From Psammoneis japonica (lineage: Eukaryota): a stretch of DNA of 20,000 nucleotides. Below the pieces are notes generated by a model. It worked only from the letters and a program-made list of their open reading frames with translations. It was not told the DNA's origin and ran no database searches. The position numbers were made by a program, and so were the translations under genes. Location of the stretch: NCBI GenBank assembly GCA_008632985.1, contig QPGO01000302.1, forward strand, positions 46,042 through 66,041, read 5' to 3'. This document shows positions 11,055-20,000 of this stretch, one piece after another; the first letter of the stretch is position 1, and the number at the start of each line of letters is the position of its first letter.

Positions 11055-11482
11055 GGCAAAGTCCGACATTGCTACAAGCTCTTGATCATAATCATTCTCG
11101 ACTGAAGTACATTTTCTATATCTATAGGCAATTTTTAGATTTAACCTTTCGCTCAATCGACACAGATTCGCGTCCAACAAACTTTCATTATCTGCCCCTT
11201 ATGGCAGACATGGTGCGACATTTGGTTACCAATCAGCAGTATGTACTGTACTTCACTCCCAAGCTTCGAAGAAATTGTCCCTATGCAATATATTTGTTCG
11301 TGTGTCTCATCGTTGAGGCTCAAAACGCGTTTGTTTCCTACTTGGTTGAGGCAGCTGTAAACTCCCAGCTCACGGCTTCTTCCTCGACCTGCTTCACAAG
11401 AAAAGTCAGATGGCGACTCGATAACTGCTAATGAGGTTTCTCGAGGGCAGACACTTAAAAAAGGAGTCTCGGATCTGTTCGA

Positions 11483-13556
11483 TTAACCTGCAGTGTACGC
11501 AGGCGATCCGTTGAAACTGTCGGAACTAGGTTTTGGAGCTTGTATCTGTGAAGCGGAAGTGCTTTCGGTCTTGACAAGATCTGCGGTCGCAGGGATTGGA
11601 TTGCTTGAATCGAACGGAGAAGCTGGATTTCGGACCAACGTCACACAGAAACACTTAGCAATCCCATCGTCTCCCTTGATAAGAGAGACACAAAGACCAA
11701 GGTCATCTCGATCCTTCATCGATCCTCTGAGCAAACATGTTCTTTGACCTTGAGCCTTGGCATTAGAAGGCGGTGAAATCATTTGACTGATGAGGTCAAA
11801 CGCATTCTGTAGATCTTGACGACTTGTCAGGTTGAAGACAGTCATGGCACAAACTTCCTGCTTCGTGTAACCGGACAACGAACAGAAGAGTTCGTTGCAG
11901 TCGATAAAAGCACCGCCCATTGACGCAATCGCCTGATTAATTCGAAAGAAAGACAAACGGTTAATGCCCGGATTGATGAAATTGCGAAAATCGGACGATG
12001 GATTTTGGGACAATGTACCCTAACTTACCATACCCACTGAACATGAATTGAAGACAAACCGATATTCATGCTCTGCGATGTTTGACACCAACAAAGTATC
12101 ATCCTGTCGGTCGTCTTTGGGGTTACCAGGGTCATCGCCACCTCCACTACTCGTGTCCGGCTGTGCAAGAACAAGATAAACGGTCAGCAAAATATATCTG
12201 AATACAAATATTCCGCGCAGGAATCAGATACGTACCTGCTGATAAAAGCTCATAGCTGATTTCGGTGGCACACCACCGAAGTTTCCAAGAGACCAAACAC
12301 CATTCTGAGCCGCAACGTGCCGTACAGCCTTGGCCGCTTGCGGACCCAGTGCACCGCCTCCAATCATCTGTAGCTGCTGAATCAACTGATGCCGATCTCT
12401 ACTCACAATCAAAGCAGAGGAGGCGGAAAAGCAAGTTCAGAAAAGAATCCTTTCCAAAGGGAACTGAAATCGGCACTTCTCGGCACTTACATTTCGGATT
12501 TGTATTGATGCTGCTGCAGCATTCTGATGTAGTTGGCAGCTTCCGTCAACACCGAGCTTTTCGTTCCTTTGGGAACTATGACGCCACCACTAGATAAGAG
12601 GTTCCGAAGCTCGTTGATTTGTCGAGATATACGGAAACTCCTCTCCTTCTCGCGTGCATTTCGTTCCTCTCTCTTCTGTTCGTCAAGGTGCTTTCCTTTC
12701 TTAGCTTTGCCTTTCGCTGACTTTGCAGCTCCCGAATCCTTGGTCGCAGAGTTCGTCGCCCCTGAACTATTGGCGCGCGAAGATGGCGCACTGTCCGGGA
12801 TTTTGGTCTTTGCGTTCTTCCGACCACGTGAGGACTTTGCCTCATCGTCGTCGCTGTTGTACCCACCACTGTCGTTGTCTGACTCTCCGTTGTCTCTAGT
12901 GCGGCGCTTCTTTCCAGATAGTTGGCGAGTCCCTGAATTATTTGTACGACGAAAGAAGAGATTGAGTTAGTCACATGCATAAGCGTGCAGAAAATGAGCC
13001 TTTCGGGTTGCGAAAGACATTCACTCCATTCGTTACCTTGTTTGTTTTGGACTTGCGTCGAATCTGCCGCAGAGCTAGGCTTCTGATTCTTTCCACCTCT
13101 GTTGGCTGAGTTAATCGGTGATTTTGGCAGAAGGTTTGGAGTAGCAGCGATAGGTCCTTTCGGGGCAGTCCCTGCTGATGCCCGAGGTGAATATGTGCTT
13201 GCTTTTCTCCCACCATCGCTATCGCTTTCTCCGTTCTTCGCGTCAATCTCAGAAGCCTGAAGCGATACTCCGTTCAGCATGGCTTCCTCGCTATCGAAAT
13301 TGAATCCAAATGTATTATTTCCCAAACTAAGAATGCCTGAGTTGTCTGAGTTGTTCCCGCTGCCTCCGCCACTTGAGTTACTGCCAACGCCGCTCCCATC
13401 TCTCTTCAAGGTACGATCTTTAGTCGCTCCATTTGATGGCTTTGAACCTGCATCCGCGGCTGCAACTTTCTCCTTTGCGTCTGATATTTTTTCTTGGCTG
13501 TTTCGCGGGGGCGGTGCTTCTGAACTACTTTTCATTGATAGTCCGCCTTTGTCCAT
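11483..13556 (-). CDS. bHLH-PAS transcription factor (diatom family that includes RITMO1), 5 exons
   Basis: Introns 12933-13036, 12399-12490, 12161-12235 and 11933-12028 (all GT-AG) give one frame. bHLH: KREERNAREKERSFRISRQINELRNLL..KGTKSSVLTEAANYIRMLQ. PAS: YRFVFNSCSVGMAIASMGGAFIDCNELFCSLSGYTKQEV..TVFNLT. Confidence 0.9.
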
Positions 13557-13685
13557 AGCGAAGGTTTGTTCGGGATAGTCTACTAGCTAGAGATTGAGAA
13601 CAAGAATGAGAGATTCCATAACGTTGGCAACAATGCTGTAAACGAGAACCCGCGTGACGACGTATCGACTTCCAGACACGACACA

Positions 13686-13693
13686 TGACGTCA
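13686..13693. promoter_or_regulatory. CRE palindrome TGACGTCA, candidate bZIP/aureochrome site
   Basis: 130 bp upstream of the bHLH-PAS ATG; further TGACGT hexamers at 14092-14097 (-) and 14118-14123 (+). Confidence 0.35.
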
Positions 13694-14408
13694 GTTTCGA
13701 CAGGATGAAGAACAATATGCACGTAGCAACACGTACGCCAGTACCAAGCAACACTCCCGCCAACACAGCCACCGCTGAAAACAAAGACGATGACGACAAG
13801 AAAGCGTGCTTTTAATCGCTTCGATAACACACGATTTCACGTTGTCACTCACTTCTTTCCTTTATCGATGATTTTCTCAATACGATGTGAATTCCCAACG
13901 GGTCAAACCTGGGTGAGGTGACATGTATTAGCGACCGGCTCTGTCTCTGTTGAACTTCTTTGCCTCTTTCTTTCTCTCGTATTTTTTGTGCGGTGTTGTG
14001 TGACGACAGCACTTCTTGTTCGAAAATATATTTATATTTGTATATGTTTATAATTTCATTCAGTATTCAGTCATTAATATTCATAAGAAGTACGTCACCC
14101 GTCTCTGACGAATATGATGACGTTATCACTTATGACCGTGTCATTTTATTTATTCCATGGTAAAACGTGAAAAAGTTCCCGCCAAAACTAACAGATAGCC
14201 CTGCTTATTATTTACGAGCTCGAATTTGCACAGACATGCTCCAGAGCGTGTCTGTGCATTTACGTAGATTTTGTACCAGTCGCATCGTAGAGTGATGTTG
14301 TTCGCCTGCCCCAACGAACTCTTTCTCGTACATAAAATATTACTCACGCCTGCCGGATAGGTTGGAGGTACATTTTCCTGGTACAAACACGTAGAATTTA
14401 ACGCAGCT

Positions 14409-14479
14409 GCAGTGACCCTCGTTTTGGGGGGTCACTGCACGCGCGGTGGCAGTGACCCTCGTTTTGGGGGGTCACTGCA
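14409..14479. repeat. Two identical 31-bp hairpin-forming direct repeats, period 40 bp
   Basis: GCAGTGACCCTCGTTTTGGGGGGTCACTGCA at 14409-14439 and 14449-14479; each has a GCAGTGACCC/GGGTCACTGC stem. Confidence 0.95.
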
Positions 14480-15260
14480 TAAGCAGGGATAGTGGCGCGA
14501 CCGAAAGACCACAGTCATCTTTAATCTACTCTACTATCGTTCTCTATCTCTCTCTACTAGGAGTACCGGTAGGGGGCCTTTCTACAGTAGCTACAGTAGA
14601 GAGTAGAGCCTCTGCGTACTCTCTCTAGCTACGGTAGCTCACTGCTCTAGTAGCTGGCAGCTCTCTGCTCTAGAGAGTGGAGCTAGAGTGCCTTAGTAAG
14701 GAGAGGAGTGCATGCAAGAGAGCTGCCATACTACTAGCTAGCTAGATTCCCTACTTGACCAAGAGGAGAAAAGCATGGTTAACACCATCTGCATTGCAGC
14801 AGTTTCTGCTGAGCGTGATTGCGCTGGTTCGCCGGGACCAGGTTTCTCACAAACAAAGAACTGGGACTTCCGAGCGGGAGACTAAGTGTAGCGAAAACTG
14901 GTACAGTGCCGAAGGAGTCCTCACTCTGGAGATATCGACAAGGTTCAAGGTGGTGGTGGACCAACACGCGCTTCAACCATTGTTTTGCACGAGTGCTGCA
15001 GCATGCAGGTGCTCGTTGAGTGAGTATGGTAGTCGGTGGAATGCGAAAGCATGCGCGATCTTCACCCCGGCTCACGCACGATCGGGTGACTCAACACTCA
15101 ACCAAATGAAGACATTCGATGGGTCAAGCGACTGTACATTGTCACTTCAAATAGGTACGACGTCGATTTTAAAAGATATATCCATTGGCCTGAGAAAGAA
15201 AAGGGTGCGATTATGACAGACAACCAGCAAGATTCGGTAGCCGCTGACCAACGACCAAGC

Positions 15261-16076
15261 ATGGCAAAGAAAAGAAGCAGCTTGTTCAGTCGAGCAAGGC
15301 AGAGTTTCTACAGGTGCGTCGATGTTGTTGGTAAACATTGACAACTAACGAGCACGTCAGATCTGGAGTTTTCTGTTGTCGGATATCCCTGATTGCGTTC
15401 TTTCTCTGTTCGTGCTCTTTCAGATCTGGGGGGAAGAAAGGTGCCAGCGTGGAAACCCTTCGCGGAAACAAAGGTGCTGATTTTGAAGGGCACGCCCGAG
15501 TGAAACGGGGGAAGACAAGAGGCTTAGGTTGCTCATGCTTTGGTGGAAAGGAGGTAAGGCATTACGAGTCTCCTTCAACCTTTACCGCCAAATTTCTGGC
15601 AGGTCGAGTCGTCCCACATACTTTACTCTCCTCGCCTCTTTGCACAGGAAAAAGATCGTTTTATACTCATCAAAGGGCATTTCTGCTTCGTTTTCTCAGA
15701 CGAAGATGCGAAGTCGCCCAAGTATGCCATCGATCTCACACATAGAAAAGCTTCGATTCAAGAAGCATCAAGGGATGGTAAAACGGTTGTTCTATTAGAG
15801 ACAGGCCTCGGTGATGTGGATTACGAATTTGTGTTCGACACCAAGCAGGACAAAAATATTGCAAAGAAGTTTTCTAGCGCCGTCGGAGAAGAAGCTGCTC
15901 GAGCGGAAGCAGAACTTGTGAAAAAGCGTCTCGGCCACGAGCACTTGATGAAGACCCGGCCCTCTGTCAGATACGCGGAGAAGATTGGCGAGAAGAAAGT
16001 TGAGAGTCAACCTGATGCTCCTGTAACAGCTGCCGAAATTGCTGATGCCTCTCCACTGCCGATGAATGCTATCTAA
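15261..16076 (+). CDS. Small hypothetical protein, possible PH-like fold, 3 exons (introns 15314-15423, 15554-15647)
   Basis: Splicing gives MAKKRSSLFSRARQSFYRSGGKKG..DFEGHARVKRG..GGKE/EKDRFILIKGHFCFVFSDEDAKSPKYAIDL..VVLLETGLGDVDYEFVF..PMNAI*. The RFxLxxxxxxxF..P...I.L pattern resembles PH-domain beta strands. Confidence 0.7.
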
Positions 16077-16198
16077 AGCTATTCCTCAAGTTGTAGTACA
16101 TGAAGCGGCACAACAAGAGATCCATTTTGTGTGAAGCGAAGAAGTCTAGAGATATCTAGTAGAATGTCCCTGCGTGTTCGCCCTGCGTGTTTGGTGCC

Positions 16199-16971
16199 CT
16201 ACCTTCCAGTTGGACGACCAGCCACTGACACTAAGTTGATGCAGTATCGATTGCCCTTTTTGTCCGGGAGATTATGTCCAAGATGAGTTCCGTCTATCGA
16301 CACTGATTCTCCGTCAGGGAGAATCCTCATGTTCTCCCAAACGACCTCGTCGTCTCGAAACGACGGCTTGCAGCACAGAGAAAAGTTCAGTGGGCCACTA
16401 AATGCACATAGTACTTTATCAGAATCATATCGACGGTACGGCACTTACCCACCCATGGGAACGGCTCTCAATGAGAAACTCCTCCATAGTCCTGCCTCGC
16501 GGAGCAATGAAAAGAGGTTTGCCAGTGTTTGAGTCGTAGAATGTGATTTCACCTTTCGCAGTTTTAGCGTCATCAATAAACGAAGTCTTCTCAAAATACC
16601 CAGAGTGTTCGGCGTAGTGTCTAGTGTTGTCGTTTTGGGCAGGTTCGAGAATGAAAGTTACATGCAAAAGAAGTCATGAGAGGGTGCGTGAGAACCACGA
16701 AACAACCAAAGTACCGTGTTACTACAGCAAACTTAAATCTCCTCCCTACCTGTTGAAGTTGCAGATTCGATCCGCAGTACTTTTATCACATCCCCATCTT
16801 AAATTATCCTGAACAGGTCTGCAAAAAGAACACGAGCAAACCGGTGAATGAAACTAAGATTGAGTAACTCGCTGTCAAAGCCAAAAAAGGCTCTTACGTG
16901 TTCGAACTACCATGTTTCTTTTTAGCCATGATAGTTTCATCGCCCATAACCACTTTACTTTGTCGACTCAT
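16199..16971 (-). CDS. MsrB/SelR-like (Mss4-fold) protein, 4 exons (introns 16819-16897, 16621-16749, 16367-16448)
   Basis: Spliced product MSRQSKVVMGDE..CNFNRHYAEHSGYF..GKPLF..HGWPSFRD..GTHLGHNLPD..RYCINLVSV matches the MsrB motifs GWPSF, HLGH and RYCIN. Confidence 0.8.
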
Positions 16972-17522
16972 GGTGATGCGGTGGCCGAAAGGAGGGAGGA
17001 AGATGGTAACAACAGAGCAAGAGTTTTACTACCGGGATGCTGTCAGCGACGGCAGAAGGCCGAAGGCCGGCCGCCGCCGAAGCCCGAAGCTGAAATGAAA
17101 AACGATGAGCGCGACAAACGTGCCGTGCCAGGGGCAGACGTTGTGTTCAAAAGCCAACTAAAAAACAAATTGGTTCCTCCTCCTCTTTTAGGTGGAACTC
17201 TCTAGATAGATCGAAGTCTGAAACCGAAAGATTTTGGATTGCCGCCCTCGCTACTATCAGAAAATAGAGCCATGACGATTGCCTGCACCAATCATTTTGC
17301 TGCATTTTGCGCCGGGCGTTCGAATTAATTGTGACACATGACGGTCATTTCGGTGCGCACTTTTGCGCGACCCACGCGACATGACTAACATGCGTTAGTG
17401 CGTGGTGCTGGTTGTTTTGCTTCTGACCGTTCTGTCTTCTGTGAGGTTTCATGAGGCTGTCTGTGCACATTGATGTTGTCCAGTTGTGCATGTTGATGTT
17501 GTCTGAGGCAAGCTGCATTGGA

Positions 17523-18096
17523 TCAAGTGAACGTGGAAATGTGCGAAATTTGCGCATTGTTGCAGTTTCTTTGCCAAACAGCCAGTCCTTGTTCATGGCC
17601 ACACTCAATCCACGGCGGCTTAAGTGAAAGTCCATGTGCATGTGTTTTGCGCATTGATGCAGTTGTCTTTGCTGAGTGGTTGTTTGCAACTTGCTCAATT
17701 CCATCACCTCTGGCCACACTTCTTCTGAAGGGACTTTGCTTGCTCCTTCTCCTGCTCCGCCATCTCCTCCTCGGTGAAAAATCTCCCCGACCGCTGTGGA
17801 ATCGCCGCTGCACATGCTGCCTTCAGCTCCTCCATGGTTGAATCATCCTTGGGCGCGACCGTTGTTTCCACATGATGACTGTCCGCTGTCGTGTTGTCTT
17901 GCACAAGTGCAGAAGTGACATCAAAATTTCCCGAGGCAAGGTCAAACGCCGCTCTTGCTTCTTCCAAGGTAATCTCCTCTTTGTCTTCCTCACTCATCAA
18001 TGACTGAAGAAGTTCCGCATGTGTCTGCACCTTTTTCTTGTCCTCACCAGTTTTCTTTGGCTCGTCTGCCTTCTTTGTTTGTTGTTGCAAATCCAT
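17523..18096 (-). pseudogene. Degenerate accessory ORF downstream of the helicase, with a UBA-like segment
   Basis: Charged ORF MDLQQQTKK..ITLEEARAAFDLASGNFDVTSALV.. with no Tyr, apparently continuing in another frame (KPPWIECGHEQGLAVWQRNC). Confidence 0.4.
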
Positions 18097-18230
18097 GTTT
18101 TCTCCATTGCTGCGTTTTCTGTGACGGCTGCGTTCGCGTTTCTTGGTTTGTTGGTTAAAATCCGTTCGACGTTGTGTGACGCATGTGCAGATTTCCATGC
18201 AATGTGCTGATCTAATTGAAACATTTTGTT

Positions 18231-19939
18231 TTACGAAATTTCCGCATTTTTGCGGTTGGGGTCGCCAAACAGTTGTGCAGTGGTTGAGCATCCTAATCTA
18301 ATGTTTGTGCACCACATTGACATTTCTGTGCACTGTTGCTGAGAAAAATGCATGGCGCTTCTCTCCTTCATGAGTCTTGTCAAGGCTTTGCAGCCTTCTG
18401 GGACCTTGCATTTTCGCAGGTCCTTGCTCAGTGGCTTTCGCATGAACAGCCCTTCTCTGGTCTTTACTCTGGAGAGCACAACATGCACCCAATTCTGAGT
18501 GCAGCTCCAAGAGTGTGCAAACAACTGCGGGACTCCACTCCCTTGCAGTTTGTGCCCTGCAGTGGCATTGTTGATGACAAACGGCAGCTGGGTTGCCTTC
18601 AGTTGGAAAGTGTGCCTTTGTTCATCGCCTTCTTCTAAAATTAGGCTGGGCTTGGCGATGCAAGCCCTGAAAGCATTTGTTTTTGGCTCAACTAAAAACT
18701 TCGCGGGGTCGATGCTTTTGTTGCAGTGTTCCAATGCAACGTGGTCCACCTGACTGGCAAGTGCAGCAGGAATGCCAATGTTGTTGTCTAAAGTCACTGG
18801 TCTTGGTTCCTGTCCTGGTTTGAGAACGACCTTGTCAACAGTGGCTTGCGTTCCGTTTGCTTGACCGTTTGCCACATTTTCGTTGAAAGGTGTCATGACT
18901 CTGCATCTTCTGTAAATTCGTAAGACTGGATCCATTCTTCCTGATTGCATGACAACGTCTCCTTCACCACAGTTGTTCCAGAAGCTGTTGCAAACCGGAA
19001 ATGGTTGGCAGAGTCTCGTGCCATTCTGCACCTGCAAGTCGTCACTGAAAATCAACATTGAGTCAAGGACATCTCCATCTCTTCTGTGCAGTGTTTCTGC
19101 TCTTTTTTCGAACAGGCCAGTGTCAATTGCATCTCTGTCCTCATTTGCGCACACAGCACAGCGGAGGTCACTGGGCAGATCATCTTCATTCTGAACTGCT
19201 CGTTCGTTGATGTGCTCCATGTCGTCAACTGCAATCTTGCCAGTGCGGAATCTCTTGAGCAGTTTTCCCCATGATGGATCGTCTTTGAACCTGTGTGCAC
19301 CACGAAGTTCCATGCAGCAGTTGATCCACTCGTGAAACTCGGGACATGCATCTTTGTGTGGTGGTTTCACTCCTTTTCCAACTGGCTCTAGTTGCCTGAG
19401 GTCACCTGCGAGAACAATGTTGATGCCACCGTGCGGCTTGCTTGGTTCGCTCTTCAATGCTGTTAAATTCTCATGGAGTTTTTCTAGTTCTCTCTTGCTT
19501 GCAAAAGAAATCTCGTCCACCACCAAAAGTCTCGTGTCTGACCATGCTTCAATTTGCTCTTCGGTTGTTTGCTTTCTTCTCATGAGGCATGCAACTTGGT
19601 GGATTGTGTCCCTTTGAGAACAGTCGCAGCCACTCTGGTCAGTGCAGTCACTCTGATTGTGCTTGTTGTGAACGGCTGCTCAATGAGCGAGCAATGCTCT
19701 CTTCCGCACTCCACGACGAGGTCCATTGTGGTTGATTTGCCACTTCCACCTGCACCATGTAAAAAACACACAAGTTGCAATGTTCTGCGTCTTTGCACTT
19801 CCACGAGTTTCTTCAATCGGCGAAGGTTTGTTGCCAAATTCGTGTCTGCCATTTCTCCTGTTGAGTCATTGTGTGACGTCTCATCTTGAAGAGCGTCTTG
19901 GCAGCAAGTGAGCACAAAGGTTCCTGCTAGAAAAAGCAC
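18231..19939 (-). pseudogene. PIF1-family (SF1B) DNA helicase, degenerate and frameshifted at ~19610
   Basis: Walker A LHGAGGSGKST, Ia VTALTRVAA, Ib G/DTIH split by a 1-nt frameshift in the G run, Walker B LLVVDEISF, III GGINIVLAGDLRQLEPV, IV HRFKDD..LLKRFRTG, V QLPF..ATAGHKLQG, VI VHVVLSRVKTREGL. Confidence 0.9.
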
Positions 19940-20000
19940 GCTGCTGTTGCCTCCAGTCTTGCTTTCCTAGCCCAGTCTACGTGCGCTTGCTGCAGATCCG

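Larger units (their letters stand above)
17330..20000 (-). mobile_element. Helitron-like element relic, continuing beyond the window, TpA-depleted
   Basis: Intronless frameshifted PIF1-family helicase plus a downstream ORF in a block with about 23 TpA in 2.66 kb. Rep domain and termini are not visible; left boundary is inferred from composition. Confidence 0.7.

Noticed and set aside
459..13830. Many short antisense or alternate-frame ORFs overlapping host genes
   Set aside because: Shadows of real exons or intron read-through with no independent support.
14409..14479. Mini CRISPR array
   Set aside because: Only two repeats with a 9-nt gap, eukaryotic context, no cas genes.
14755..15216. 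153-aa ORF as a gene
   Set aside because: Non-ATG start, no recognisable motif, no convincing splice structure.
17200..17345. Canonical Helitron 3' terminus (hairpin plus CTRR before T)
   Set aside because: No convincing hairpin, and the CTAG at 17202-17205 is not in the expected context.
19605..19615. Programmed frameshift in the helicase
   Set aside because: No slippery heptamer; a 1-nt loss in a short G run of a decayed element, or an assembly error, is simpler.
17330..20000. CpG methylation-deamination or classical RIP as the cause of the TG/CA excess
   Set aside because: CpG is still frequent, RIP would raise TpA, and Tyr->Cys/His changes require A->G or T->C.

Overview
Eukaryotic, intron-containing DNA, most consistent with a pennate diatom (short GT-AG introns, bHLH-PAS factor, ASAFAP-like targeting peptide); the taxon is inferred, not searched. 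Seven host genes are supportable: a divergent membrane-anchored Hsp70-like protein (5' end outside the window), a small hypothetical protein, NAA35/MAK10, an Ero1-like oxidoreductin, a bHLH-PAS transcription factor, a small possibly PH-like protein and an MsrB-like protein. Two non-host blocks (~4.0-6.4 kb, and ~17.3-20 kb with a Helitron-type PIF1 helicase relic) have lost most TpA dinucleotides while keeping CpG. In the helicase, Cys (TGY) or His (CAY) sits where Tyr or another aromatic residue is expected. This points to repeat-restricted, double-strand, context-specific A:T->G:C hypermutation at TpA, the mirror image of fungal RIP, and is the main candidate for an undescribed system. All counts are by hand and approximate.
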